Virus record (IMG/VR): IMGVR_UViG_3300011890_000001
Span: 192,001 to 256,000 of that record
Reading direction: 5' to 3' (one strand)
Origin: a virus
Taxonomy: Duplodnaviria > Caudoviricetes
Length of the DNA stretch: 64,000 nt
Numbering within the stretch: position 1 is the first letter of the stretch; each line of letters opens with the position of its first letter. Shown one piece after another: positions 39,240 through 49,788 of this stretch. The notes beneath the pieces were generated by a model. The model saw nothing but the letters and a program-made list of their open reading frames with translations. It ran no database searches and was not told where the DNA came from. The translations under genes and the position numbers were made by a program.

Positions 39240-41808
39240 CGTACTCACCGACCACGCGATCAAACACGTGTGGTGCACGCCCAATCAGGACTTGCAGGTG
39301 ATCTACGAACCGCAGCGGATTACGAAGCCGCGGGGAAGCCGTGGTGAGATTTCCTACAACTGGCATGTGTACCCCATGCCGACGCCTACGGAAGTCTTCC
39401 ACGTTTTTGTGATTGGCCAGTACCCGCCCGAGTTTGTCGGGCTGGACACAACGCGCAACCTCTGGCGTACTCTGGGCTCGATCATGGAATCTGAACGACT
39501 TTACGCCGACATCTACACGGCCACTGGCCGTCAGTTGGTTCGACGTGACGTTTACGTTCTGGTTACCCAAGACCGTAATCTGCTAGTGGCTGTCCGCGCG
39601 CAAGATCGCGTGGTCAATGCCCGCGAGGAGCAGATCTTCCTGCGTCTGTATTCCAATGCCTTCTATTACTCCAATCAGGGGCGGCTGGGCGATTATGAAA
39701 TCGTCTGTCGCGCTAAGGAAGTGCGATCCGCACAGGAAGCGTTGGACTTCCAGCGTCTCTACCACAGCTATCGTGACCGTACTGTAGGGGCAACCCTGCT
39801 CTTCGTCAATGGTTTCTACACCGACGATTACCGACCCAATGACTACGTCGTTGGCGACAAGCTGGAGTTTGTCTACGACAGCAGCATCAAGATGGTGAAG
39901 GAGTTCGCTCTGCGCCGCACACCTACCTTCGAGTCTAACAAGGATGACAAGCGTAAGTATCTGCTCTGCTGGGACGGCGATCAGATCCCCGAGGCGATGA
40001 TCGACTATCGTGATGACATTGATGTCTACCTGACCAAGAAAACCGGCAACCGTCACAAGGGTCTGTACTACCACAAGAACAACGACGACGCACTGCGTCA
40101 AGTCACTCATCGCGACTACAGTATTGTTGTCGATTACGTGGCTAGCTACCAGTCCAGTATGTTGGACCGTGGGTGGGATACGCTCGATGACGTTTGGGTC
40201 AAGTTGTTTATTCGTCACTCTGGCTATCAGCGCCCATTGGCGGATGAAAACAACCGCATCAAGGAACTGTATAAGCTCCCCTACACCGATCGCGTAAAGG
40301 CGATGGTGGGTGTGGACGCCACGCTGGAGAACTGGCGTGCTGAAACGCTGGAGGCTTCCCCGTACATCAACTTGATGGATCTGCGTCGACGCTATATCAC
40401 CAATGACTTGGTGCGTGACGCCTACGGATACAATGCTGTCTCTGCCATTGTGGGCAATACACCCCAACCGATCGTGGTACAGGGCGACTGGCGTTATGTC
40501 GAACTGCCTTTCGGTTTGCAGAATCTGTCGACAGCTTTTGAGATCGACAGCGCTGGCAAGCTGATTTCCAGCTACCTCCACACCTCTGGCTTTTTCTACA
40601 CTGCGTTCAATCCTAATTGTGCGATGGTGGAGATGATCGGCGGTCGGGGTGGTCGGCAGTTGGATATGCGTTTTGCTGAACAGAACGTGACGATCGACCA
40701 AACGCGCAGCTACCGCTTCTACGTGGCTGAGATCAATCAAGGACTGGTGCTTAATCACACGTGGCAGGACGTCACTGGGGACGACACCAAGTACGCAATC
40801 ATCGACGAAAAGGTGGTGTGGTTTGTCGACCTTAATCTCTTTGCGGTCTGCGTCGCTTCAGACGCCTACTTCCTCAATTACGAGGAAACCCTACCGGCAC
40901 GCGATGGACTCTACCGATTCTCTGTCAATGCCACCACCAAGTGGGCCGGGGAAGATCGTACTGGCGTTGCTGTCATTCCTCCTGGTCGCCTCGATCTTTG
41001 GCTCAATGATGAATGCTTGATTGAAGGGCTGGACTACTTCGTCAAGTGGCCCGAAATCGTCATCACCAATAAGCGTTACCTAAACGCCGCTGGTCGACAA
41101 AAGGTACGCGTGCGTTGCTCGGGGTTCTGCGACTCCGATATGCAGCGCCCTGAACCTGCCGATTACGGATTTGTCCGCTACGGTCGACTGTCGCGCAATA
41201 GCCGCTTTGACATCCGCGATGATCGCGTGATGCGCTTCGTGGTAAATGGTCGCACGTATGACCGCAGTGTTCTGGAGTTCATTGAAGATGACCCGTCGCT
41301 CTACATGCAGAACGTACCCAACGGTGCACCTTATGTGATTGACGATGTCGTCGTACCGCTGCGTCGGGTTACTGATGCAGACACGTATGAGTTCCGGGAT
41401 AAGTCACGGGAGATCGACAAGAAGGTTTCCGATTACCTCACCATGAAACTGCCGGAGCCGGTCGAACCGAATCCGGATCAGATTCTGGAACGGTATGAGA
41501 TCTTCAGTCCGTTTGCAGCTACGGTGATGCACGATCTGGTAAACGGGGTGCTCTCCACCGACCAGTTCTTGGGCCACTACAGCGACATGGACGTGAGGCG
41601 CGTTTTGGAACCGCTCTACGGGTGGCTTCTGGAGTACGACCCCACCACCCATGAGTTGGACCTGGAGCACGTGCACGTCCATCCGCATGAACGTTACACT
41701 GAAGTCGAACTGGACATTTGGCAGTACAATCTGCTGAATCGGGCTATCAAGGTATTCCTGGATGATAAGGTGGACATCACCCGCTTTGTCCGGATTCGTG
41801 GCGCCTGA
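39232..41808 (+). CDS. virion/baseplate structural protein (phiKZ gp27-like, 858 aa)
   Basis: start MTDVLTDHAIKHVWC.P.QD.Q; DYRDDIDVY; LRQVTHRDYSI; YGYNA; synteny with terminase. Confidence 0.75.
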   Translation: MTDVLTDHAIKHVWCTPNQDLQVIYEPQRITKPRGSRGEISYNWHVYPMPTPTEVFHVFVIGQYPPEFVGLDTTRNLWRTLGSIMESERLYADIYTATGRQLVRRDVYVLVTQDRNLLVAVRAQDRVVNAREEQIFLRLYSNAFYYSNQGRLGDYEIVCRAKEVRSAQEALDFQRLYHSYRDRTVGATLLFVNGFYTDDYRPNDYVVGDKLEFVYDSSIKMVKEFALRRTPTFESNKDDKRKYLLCWDGDQIPEAMIDYRDDIDVYLTKKTGNRHKGLYYHKNNDDALRQVTHRDYSIVVDYVASYQSSMLDRGWDTLDDVWVKLFIRHSGYQRPLADENNRIKELYKLPYTDRVKAMVGVDATLENWRAETLEASPYINLMDLRRRYITNDLVRDAYGYNAVSAIVGNTPQPIVVQGDWRYVELPFGLQNLSTAFEIDSAGKLISSYLHTSGFFYTAFNPNCAMVEMIGGRGGRQLDMRFAEQNVTIDQTRSYRFYVAEINQGLVLNHTWQDVTGDDTKYAIIDEKVVWFVDLNLFAVCVASDAYFLNYEETLPARDGLYRFSVNATTKWAGEDRTGVAVIPPGRLDLWLNDECLIEGLDYFVKWPEIVITNKRYLNAAGRQKVRVRCSGFCDSDMQRPEPADYGFVRYGRLSRNSRFDIRDDRVMRFVVNGRTYDRSVLEFIEDDPSLYMQNVPNGAPYVIDDVVVPLRRVTDADTYEFRDKSREIDKKVSDYLTMKLPEPVEPNPDQILERYEIFSPFAATVMHDLVNGVLSTDQFLGHYSDMDVRRVLEPLYGWLLEYDPTTHELDLEHVHVHPHERYTEVELDIWQYNLLNRAIKVFLDDKVDITRFVRIRGA

Positions 41809-41881
41809 CACAGTTATTCGTAGCAGGGGGTAGGTTCACTACCCCCTGCTGTCACGCACTACAAAACTTTGGGAATGACAA

Positions 41882-43597
41882 ATGCCAACCAACACTCCGT
41901 CGGCCCTGCCGACTCTCATCATTGACCCGAATCGAGGTTATCGCGAGTGGCACATTCGCGAGATCTACGATCCGGGCAATCCGAACAGCGGGCAGTACGT
42001 CCCCAATAAGGACGATGCTGTACGTGACTGGACTCAAGGTATTCTGCGCGTCATCGCAGTCGACTACACCACTGGTATCTCGCAGCTTCAGCGCTGGGAA
42101 GAGCCAGCCAACAGCAACGACAGTGTCTATGAAGACATTCTGATCGGCAGTGGTCCGGGCTATCAGTCTGAGTCGTTCCGGGCTTTCCTGGACACCAGTG
42201 TTTTCCCGCACACCCTGTCGCTGGACTCTCGTCTGCACTTTAAGGGAACCACCGTCAACTCGGTGAAGATCTTCCTGGGCTACGATGTTTCGGCACGCGG
42301 CACTGTGATCTCCTCGCTGTACGACACTGCAGGTAATCTGCTGGGCGAGAACATCCCGGTCGAACCGGTGGCCACTTATGACCTGGAAGTCACCCTGCCT
42401 GGTGAAGCTTCCAATGTCGTGAACCTGGCCGTTAAGGCACCGCGTGTGGCCCACACCACCCACCGGATGCCTGACAACGAAGTCCTCACCGTCGTGGCCT
42501 ACGACGTGCAAGGCGAGCCGCGTAGCAAGACCACGGTTCTGGTAAAGAACACCAGCTTCGTGCGGCGCATCGACGACTCCCTGAAGTACGTCCGCAGTAT
42601 CCACGTGGAAACGCCGTTCCTGTTGCCGACCGACGACAAGACGATTGAGTATCCGATCAACATGCCGGTGCAGGGTCTGAACCTGTTTGGTGTGGCCACC
42701 TTCAGCGACGGCTCGACTGTACGCCTGCCGGTGGACGGTACCAAGTTCGAAATGGCTGGTCTGAGTAACTACGTCGCCACGATCCAGGGTCAGTCGGTTC
42801 CGCTGATGCTGACCTACCAGCTCAACGCCAACGAGTCGTCCTACCTCCTGCCTGCTGGTCCGAACCGCCGTATCGCAGTTCCTTACTTTGCACGCACCCG
42901 AGAAACTGACGGTGCTTACTCGGTGAAGATCTTCGTCAATCCGGTGTGGGATGGTCTGCTCAACGGTTATAAGCTGGAGTTCCTGCTTTATAACCTGAAC
43001 CGTCAGGCGGTCTATGATGTGACCCACCTCGTGACCTTCGCGTCCAACTCGGCTGTTTATGATCCGCTGAGCTACAACGTGAAACAACGCCTGGTGTTTG
43101 GCGTCAACATGCAGGACGTCGATCCGCAGTTCGCCGCATGGCGTCACACGCAGATCGTCGAACTCACCCTGATCCGTGCCGGTAACTGGGGCGGCGTGGG
43201 CGACGCATGGCGCATCAGCTACACTCCGGGCCAGGCACCTGAGTACGGTACCGATGTCAAGGCGCGTTGCGAGTTCGTGAACACGAACCTGTATCGTTAC
43301 GACATCTCCACCGGTGCAGCCACCCTGACCGAATGGTTGAGTAAGGTCTACGAACCGCTCAAGCCACTGTTTGACTCCCGCGCTGAATCCGCACCGCCCG
43401 AACCGAACTTCTTCGTTCTGGTGGCCGGTGGTACGCGCACCGAATACCCGATCGAAAACTGGAACCAGGTACTCACCGTTCCGGGTGGTGAAGCTGAAGG
43501 GCATCCCACCTGCGTTGAGTTTATTCGTAAGACTGCCAACAATGATCTCCAGTTGGCCGTCGCCGGTATGTTTACTCGACGGGTACAGTCCCTGTAA
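41882..43597 (+). CDS. virion structural protein (phiKZ gp26-like)
   Basis: W...EIY...G.YVPN.DD.V.D motif; immediately upstream of terminase. Confidence 0.7.
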   Translation: MPTNTPSALPTLIIDPNRGYREWHIREIYDPGNPNSGQYVPNKDDAVRDWTQGILRVIAVDYTTGISQLQRWEEPANSNDSVYEDILIGSGPGYQSESFRAFLDTSVFPHTLSLDSRLHFKGTTVNSVKIFLGYDVSARGTVISSLYDTAGNLLGENIPVEPVATYDLEVTLPGEASNVVNLAVKAPRVAHTTHRMPDNEVLTVVAYDVQGEPRSKTTVLVKNTSFVRRIDDSLKYVRSIHVETPFLLPTDDKTIEYPINMPVQGLNLFGVATFSDGSTVRLPVDGTKFEMAGLSNYVATIQGQSVPLMLTYQLNANESSYLLPAGPNRRIAVPYFARTRETDGAYSVKIFVNPVWDGLLNGYKLEFLLYNLNRQAVYDVTHLVTFASNSAVYDPLSYNVKQRLVFGVNMQDVDPQFAAWRHTQIVELTLIRAGNWGGVGDAWRISYTPGQAPEYGTDVKARCEFVNTNLYRYDISTGAATLTEWLSKVYEPLKPLFDSRAESAPPEPNFFVLVAGGTRTEYPIENWNQVLTVPGGEAEGHPTCVEFIRKTANNDLQLAVAGMFTRRVQSL

Positions 43598-43663
43598 AAC
43601 CAGCCTGGCTACAGCCCTCTCGGGCTGTAGCCAGGCGTGGTCTGACCCTTAGGAACATATGCC

Positions 43664-45940
43664 GTGATTCTCTTTCTAGACGACTGGAAAAAATACCCTA
43701 CCGCTATCGCTGACTTCAAGACGACCAATACTTCATTCCTACGGCTTTCCCAGCTTTACAAATCCCTGGGTGTTGCAAACAACGTATTCCATCTCTCGCT
43801 CATGAACCCTGACCTTCAGGGCATTGATCCGTTCTCGGACAAGCTGACGCGAGACCAGATGGTGGCCATCGCAGTCGAGTGTGCTGTTAACCCTTGGTAC
43901 TTCTTCCGCGAAGTTGTTCGAGTCCCCCCACAGGCAGGTCCGAAGCCGGTTCGTCTGGAGGGCAACCGTGGCAATATCGGGTTGTTCTGGTCTTTCTTCA
44001 ATCACATCGACGTTGCGTTGATCCAGCCGCGACAGACCGGTAAGTCGGTATCGACCGACTGCCTGATGACCAACATCACCTACATGTCCACCGACAATAC
44101 CACGGTGACCATGATTACCAAGGATAACGATCTGCGTCGTAAGAACGTGGAACGTTTGAAGAAGATTCGCGACATTCTGCCGAAGTACCTGATCAACCTG
44201 GGGCCGGATGATGCGGACAACCAAGTCGAGCTTACCTACAAGGCACGTTCGAACTCCTACATGACGGCTGTGGCTCAGAACTCCGAGTCGGGCGCAAATA
44301 ACGTGGGTCGTGGTTTGACCTCCCCGATCCTCCACTCTGACGAAACGCCATTCACGTACTTCATCAACATCATTCTGCCGGCAGCACTGGCAGCCGGTAC
44401 CGCTGCTCGTAACGAAGCCCGAGCCAATGGTCGCCCCTACGGCAATATCTTCACTACGACGGCTGGTAAGCGCGACACCCGTGAAGGTGCTTACGCATAC
44501 GACCTGATCTTTGGCGGTGCAGTGTGGGATGAACGCCTGGCGTTTGACAGTAAAAACGAGGCTGATCTGCGCGAACGTGTCATCATGAACTGCGCTGGTG
44601 AGAACAAAGGCAAGAAGACAGCCAAGCGTGCGTTGTTCAACATCACGCTGTCCCATAAGCAGTTGGGTAAAACCGACGAATGGCTGATGGACGCTATCTC
44701 CAACGCCGGCGGTACGCCCGACTCGATCAACCGAGACTTCTTCAACGTTTGGACGTCTGGTTCTCTACGTTCCCCTCTGTCTACGGCGCTGAATGAAACC
44801 ATTCAGAAAGCTGTGAAGAACCCTGCATTCATTGATGTCCGAAGTGGTAACTACTGCATCAACTGGTACATCAATGAAAAGGAACTTCACAAGAAACTGG
44901 CGGCTGGCCGCTACGTGGCTGGCCTGGATACCTCCGAAGCGGTTGGTCGAGACACCATCGCAATGGTTATCGTGGACGTCGAGACGTTGGAAGTTGTGGG
45001 TACGGGTACCTACAATGAAACCAACCTGATTCGTTTCTCCAAGTTCCTTGGTGAAGTCCTGCTGGAGTTCCCGACCATCACCCTGGTACCGGAACGCAAG
45101 TCGACCGGTCAGATGATCGTGGACTATCTGATCTTGCAGCTGGCTGCCGCAAGTGTAGATCCGTTTAAACGCATCTACAACAAGATCGTTGACGAGGCCG
45201 ACAGTAATCCGGAAGCCTACCGTGAACTGAATCGTCCGGTGAACATGCGTAACGAGGCCTTCTACGATACTCGAAAGAGTACGTTCGGTTTCGTAACCAC
45301 TGGACCGTCGCGTACACTGCTTTACACTACCGTACTTCAGAATGCTGCCAAGAACGGCGGCAGCGGTGTGTACAGTGATCGACTCTCCTCCGAGATCCGT
45401 CAGCTGGTTGTAAAGAACGATCGCATCGACCACCAGTCGTCTGGACACGATGACCACGTGATCGCATGGCTGTTGGCTCACTGGTTCATGAACCATGCAC
45501 GCAACCTCTCGCACTATGGCATTGACCATACTCGTGTGATGTCGGCATTGTCTGTGATTGAGACCAAGCAACTCGATCCAGTTCAGTCGTACAAAGATCG
45601 CTATCAGAAACAGCTCTTAAACGAAATCTCCGACCTTCTGGAGCAGTTGGATAACGAGTCTGATAGTTGGGTAGTCAACAAGCTAGAAGCGCGCTTAAAA
45701 TCGCTCTCAGGGCGTTTGACGAACCAAGACTCTATCGACTATGCGCGCAGTATCGACGGTGCGATCAATAGTTCTCGTGAGAATCGAGAAAAGCAACGCA
45801 TGTTGGGACGACATAGTGCCAACCGCACTGCTCCTAACGGCGGTAATCCGTACAGGTCAGTTGAACTAAACCAAGGCCCGCGCGCCAACTATGGTGGCGG
45901 GTACGGAAACAACAACCGTAGCTTTGTGACTTACCACTAA
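43664..45940 (+). CDS. terL: terminase large subunit (phiKZ gp25-like)
   Basis: NPWYFFRE; Walker A PRQTGKS; GRG.T; HSDE Walker B; TTTAG; nuclease GLDTSE and HDD.VIAW. Confidence 0.95.
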   Translation: MILFLDDWKKYPTAIADFKTTNTSFLRLSQLYKSLGVANNVFHLSLMNPDLQGIDPFSDKLTRDQMVAIAVECAVNPWYFFREVVRVPPQAGPKPVRLEGNRGNIGLFWSFFNHIDVALIQPRQTGKSVSTDCLMTNITYMSTDNTTVTMITKDNDLRRKNVERLKKIRDILPKYLINLGPDDADNQVELTYKARSNSYMTAVAQNSESGANNVGRGLTSPILHSDETPFTYFINIILPAALAAGTAARNEARANGRPYGNIFTTTAGKRDTREGAYAYDLIFGGAVWDERLAFDSKNEADLRERVIMNCAGENKGKKTAKRALFNITLSHKQLGKTDEWLMDAISNAGGTPDSINRDFFNVWTSGSLRSPLSTALNETIQKAVKNPAFIDVRSGNYCINWYINEKELHKKLAAGRYVAGLDTSEAVGRDTIAMVIVDVETLEVVGTGTYNETNLIRFSKFLGEVLLEFPTITLVPERKSTGQMIVDYLILQLAAASVDPFKRIYNKIVDEADSNPEAYRELNRPVNMRNEAFYDTRKSTFGFVTTGPSRTLLYTTVLQNAAKNGGSGVYSDRLSSEIRQLVVKNDRIDHQSSGHDDHVIAWLLAHWFMNHARNLSHYGIDHTRVMSALSVIETKQLDPVQSYKDRYQKQLLNEISDLLEQLDNESDSWVVNKLEARLKSLSGRLTNQDSIDYARSIDGAINSSRENREKQRMLGRHSANRTAPNGGNPYRSVELNQGPRANYGGGYGNNNRSFVTYH

Positions 45941-45943
45941 ACG

Positions 45944-45981
45944 GCATAAGCCCCCTCCCTTTTACGGGAGGGGGCGTTATG
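45944..45981. terminator. bidirectional CATAA-hairpin-TTATG terminator
   Basis: GCATAAGCCCCCTCCC...GGGAGGGGGCGTTATG between convergent genes. Confidence 0.75.
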
Positions 45982-45997
45982 TTCGCCATACTACGAA

Positions 45998-46426
45998 TCA
46001 GACTTCGATGTCGTAGCGAATGTACGATTCCTTGAATTCGTTCAAGAACGCATGGAGCGCGTACATGTGGGGAAGGGTCGTGCGTCGGAGCAGTGGATTG
46101 CAAAGCAGCGGGTAATGCTTGGGTACAAACAGCTGCTCTGGAAGACGTGCCCGGGTTTCGTCATCAGCAGCCGCCGTCACCTCATAGACTGCATGGGTGA
46201 TGTCTGGCATCCAGCAAGCTTTATGTCGCGTCCGGTAAAGCGTCTTGTTGATCGTGATGGTGATGTTCTTACCTGCACGGTCTTCGTCAGACTTTACCGT
46301 CACTACTTTGTGCTTAACTGTACCTTTGATTTCCCGAGTAATTCGATCGCCCACCATCCAGTCAATGACATGACCGAGGCGTTCTGTCAGATACCTGGCC
46401 AGTCGTTCAAAACGCGAAGTAGACAT
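45998..46426 (-). CDS. hypothetical protein (142 aa)
   Basis: ATG ORF, last of a minus-strand accessory cluster. Confidence 0.65.
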   Translation of the reverse strand: MSTSRFERLARYLTERLGHVIDWMVGDRITREIKGTVKHKVVTVKSDEDRAGKNITITINKTLYRTRHKACWMPDITHAVYEVTAAADDETRARLPEQLFVPKHYPLLCNPLLRRTTLPHMYALHAFLNEFKESYIRYDIEV

Positions 46427-46511
46427 GGCTTTTCTCTAAGGACAAGTAAGTGCCTAACCTCAGAAAGGTTAGTTCACTGTACATGATAGTCCGACGGTAT
46501 CGACTGTATTG

Positions 46512-47027
46512 TTACGCTTCGTGTTCGTGCATCACGACAGCGGCGATCAGATCCGGCGGCAGGCTGGCCATTTCAACCGCACCTCGACTGAGCAACATCA
46601 GAACAGTCAAGACTTGATGGCGCTTGAAAGCCTCACACATCTCGGGAAACCCGCGGGTACTGTGAGACAACTCGTCCAGATTTTCCAGGCCAATAAACGA
46701 CGGCAGCCTGAGGTAGCCGTTAAAGATGGACGGATCCAATAGCGGATCCAGTCGAGAGACCTCACGATCTACCAGCAACTGAAGCTGCCATTCCATCTCG
46801 CAGACGACTTCGTCAGGGAACAGGAACTTGTACCTGGTAACCATTTTCCTCACTGCGGCCTCAGGTATAAAGATATCCCCGGTGTCCGGATAGATGGCTG
46901 CTGCACGCCAGTCTTCCTGGAATGGTACGGTGTGCTGAGTGGTGGCGGTGTCGACAAAAAGCCACTTTTTCAACCGCTGGATCATGAAGTCCCAAATGAG
47001 ACGGAGAAGATATTGCATTTGGATCAA
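46512..47027 (-). CDS. hypothetical protein (171 aa; start may be 46985)
   Basis: 4-nt overlap with upstream gene. Confidence 0.6.
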   Translation of the reverse strand: MIQMQYLLRLIWDFMIQRLKKWLFVDTATTQHTVPFQEDWRAAAIYPDTGDIFIPEAAVRKMVTRYKFLFPDEVVCEMEWQLQLLVDREVSRLDPLLDPSIFNGYLRLPSFIGLENLDELSHSTRGFPEMCEAFKRHQVLTVLMLLSRGAVEMASLPPDLIAAVVMHEHEA

Positions 47028-47503
47028 TCCTGATGGGCGATAAAGGAAGGGGGGTAGGTGTTAGAGACGCGATCCATTTCAAAGATCAGGTCCTGGGGAT
47101 AGCCTGCGCACGAATCGAGTTCGTATTCGACAAGGTCGTCGAAGTAATAGGCCTGCTTCAGACGAATGTCTTCCCTGATTTGGTTCCACAGACCGGCATG
47201 AATGGGAATGAACAACCCATCCACCTGCTCGACCTGCAACCGGTAGGTGGTGTCATGGTAGCACGGCATCCCAAACAGCTGATGGTCTGCAAACTTGACG
47301 GTTATGACCAATTCGTGGTAGTATTCGTAGGGAAGGAAGTAATACCGTTTCAGTATTGACTCGACTTCCCAACTCAGTTTCACTGCCGGGTGAGTGGGCA
47401 TGAACAGGAAGGACTTGGGGTCCCAGTCGCCGTTCTTGGACCTACAGACGGCGCCGGCGACAACGGTGCTTTTCAGTAGCTTTGACTTCAGGAACTTCCA
47501 CAT
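47024..47503 (-). CDS. hypothetical protein (159 aa)
   Basis: AGGA RBS; amphipathic basic N-terminus. Confidence 0.65.
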   Translation of the reverse strand: MWKFLKSKLLKSTVVAGAVCRSKNGDWDPKSFLFMPTHPAVKLSWEVESILKRYYFLPYEYYHELVITVKFADHQLFGMPCYHDTTYRLQVEQVDGLFIPIHAGLWNQIREDIRLKQAYYFDDLVEYELDSCAGYPQDLIFEMDRVSNTYPPSFIAHQD

Positions 47504-47521
47504 GGGTACAAAATCCTAACG

Positions 47522-47995
47522 TTAGGGGCTTTGATTCAAGGTGAGGTCCAACTTAAGCAGACCGTGAATGTACTTCTCAACACTCTGGAGACTTTCTAGT
47601 CGGTCGTCAGGAGAGGCGTAGATGAATCGACCCGAAGTGTGATCCATTACCACCCTACACTGTTTCAACAACAGCACTTCCTTTGAGAAGCGACTGACGA
47701 CATGTGTCGGATACCCATCGCGCGACATCTTGCTCAGGTTGAGTGACAGGCGTCCTGAGTAAAAGACGTCATTGGCCTCAGAACCGTCGATATAGAACGT
47801 TTGATGGTCAGTGTGGGTGAAGGTAGATTCCACGTACCGGAGGATCTTACCGCGCCGCAGGTGCGCTTCTAGGTACAGTCCAGCCGGGTAGTCACGGTGA
47901 TTGATGACCGAACGACTTCTGACGATTGACGGTGGTGGTTCAGGGGTTGGCAGGATCCCGAGGATTTCTGCCATTTCTTTCAGAATCTTAAACAA
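47522..47995 (-). CDS. hypothetical protein (157 aa)
   Basis: TTG start with AAGGA RBS. Confidence 0.6.
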   Translation of the reverse strand: MFKILKEMAEILGILPTPEPPPSIVRSRSVINHRDYPAGLYLEAHLRRGKILRYVESTFTHTDHQTFYIDGSEANDVFYSGRLSLNLSKMSRDGYPTHVVSRFSKEVLLLKQCRVVMDHTSGRFIYASPDDRLESLQSVEKYIHGLLKLDLTLNQSP

Positions 47996-48141
47996 CTTTG
48001 TGTCCTTCGATTAAGCGCTTGACTTTCAGAACATAGTCAACCACCTCGTCATTGTAGGTGGCCGCTATTTCCGGCTCTACAAAAACATACTTACCAGCAG
48101 CCAGCTGAAGAACCTGAGTAGCATTTTGTCACCTCTCAGGG

Positions 48142-48177
48142 TTATAAAAAGAGGGAGGCCTATCTAGGCCTCCCTCT
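48142..48177 (-). terminator. intrinsic terminator
   Basis: minus strand AGAGGGAGGCCTA..TAGGCCTCCCTCT followed by TTTTATAA. Confidence 0.75.
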
Positions 48178-48180
48178 GCA

Positions 48181-49413
48181 TTACTTCTGACTTTGGTAGA
48201 AGTCCATGGACATAGCCCGCAGGACCAGGTAAAGCTGCAACCCAGTGCGCACCGAGGCCACCATCGAGCTGTTCCGCGTACCGGTGGCCAGTACGACGAT
48301 CTTCTCGGAGATCTCCTTGGTTTTGAGCAGTACCGGGTCAGACATGCGCGAGGCGGTGTACAGACCACGCAGTCGAGTGATGATATTCCCCAGACCGGAG
48401 CGGCTGTTGTAGAGATCACGATCCGCCACAATCAGACCAAAGGCATAGATCAGGGTCTCATCGACCAGTTCGGTGATCATGTCCTTATCCCGCTTGGAGT
48501 GGCGGTTGATGGACATCCACTCCAAACTGCTGACCAGCAGCTTCGGGTTCATCGTGTGGACCGCATCGGCCACGACGTCAATCAGGTCATCGCGAACGAA
48601 ACTGTTCTTGTCATCCAATACTTCGTGTGCGTAACGAATTAATGACGTGAACTGACGCTGCTTGTCGTTGAGCACGGCCTGCCCGTTGATCTCACGAACG
48701 CTGGTATCCACGCCGAAAGAAACACCGCGACCGTGCAGGTCGTAGAAGATCGTGGCAATGCCCTTGATCATTTTCTTCAGGCGGCTCTGCACGTCGTTGA
48801 TGAAGCGGATCACTTCCAGGTCGTCGTCCATCTTGGTGAACGCTCGACGGTGGGTACTGCGCGGAGAGACCAGCTCTTCGGAACGCACCTTGATCATCTG
48901 GTACCAGTTTTCATGGGTCTTAATCATGAACTTACGGCTCATGGCCGCCAGCGTGGCCTGAGCCACACCGATGTCGGCCGGGTAGCGCCAGTTGCGGTGC
49001 AGCAGACTTCCCAGGTACTTGTACTGGAAGATCTGCATCGTTAGACATTTGCCTTCATCTTTCAATTTCGGACTGAGATTGGAAGTCTCAATCCGGTAGA
49101 GCAACCAGACGCAGGACTGGTTGAACACGTCGTTGGCTCGAATCCAGTCCTGGTTGTGTGGCAGTCGCCGGGTCTGTTCGGCGATCAGGTCTTCATCGAC
49201 GTTGAGGATCTCATCGAACCAGAGCGTTCGATGATGGGGAGTAAAGCGCATCGGATGCGGGCCAGTGAGCTGCCCGCCGAAGAAGGCGATGTGGTTTTCG
49301 TTGTAGTTGACGAAGGCACGCTCAAATTGCCGTAGTCGTTTAATCAGGCTTTCGTCGACGGTAAAGCCCACGGCTGCTCCGTTGAAGATAGACTTGAAGT
49401 TCTCTTTGGACAC
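48181..49413 (-). CDS. conserved virion protein (phiKZ gp32-like)
   Basis: H..FFGG.L.G....RF motif; GGAG RBS with GTG start; ~410 aa. Confidence 0.7.
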   Translation of the reverse strand: MSKENFKSIFNGAAVGFTVDESLIKRLRQFERAFVNYNENHIAFFGGQLTGPHPMRFTPHHRTLWFDEILNVDEDLIAEQTRRLPHNQDWIRANDVFNQSCVWLLYRIETSNLSPKLKDEGKCLTMQIFQYKYLGSLLHRNWRYPADIGVAQATLAAMSRKFMIKTHENWYQMIKVRSEELVSPRSTHRRAFTKMDDDLEVIRFINDVQSRLKKMIKGIATIFYDLHGRGVSFGVDTSVREINGQAVLNDKQRQFTSLIRYAHEVLDDKNSFVRDDLIDVVADAVHTMNPKLLVSSLEWMSINRHSKRDKDMITELVDETLIYAFGLIVADRDLYNSRSGLGNIITRLRGLYTASRMSDPVLLKTKEISEKIVVLATGTRNSSMVASVRTGLQLYLVLRAMSMDFYQSQK

Positions 49414-49551
49414 GGTAGTCTCCGAGGGGTCTGTAAGGGGCGATGATGAACTATAGGATGGGTCTTTTTACCCCATTCTGACCCCTCGAAATAGCGTACG
49501 TATTTTTTGAAATATTCGCCTAAGCTTGTAAGATACGTTTAATTACTTAGC

Positions 49552-49581
49552 GTAGTAGTATTACTTAAGTAATACTACTAC
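49552..49581. repeat. perfect 30-bp palindrome in an AT-rich intergenic island
   Basis: GTAGTAGTATTACTT|AAGTAATACTACTAC is its own reverse complement. Confidence 0.95.
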
Positions 49582-49788
49582 TTAACTACTAGTAACTATT
49601 AGTAGCTTTTATGACAAGTGGTTTTTTCGAAAAATCGAAAAAAGTAGAAAAGTGGTGAAAAAATCACCAGACCTGAAGGGTCTGGATGAATTTCACCCTA
49701 GGGTTATCGAGGATAGGTCGAGTGAGTTTTGAGACTCACTCTCCCGTTAACCTATGAGAACACTTCCATTTCCGAAGGAACCACCGAA

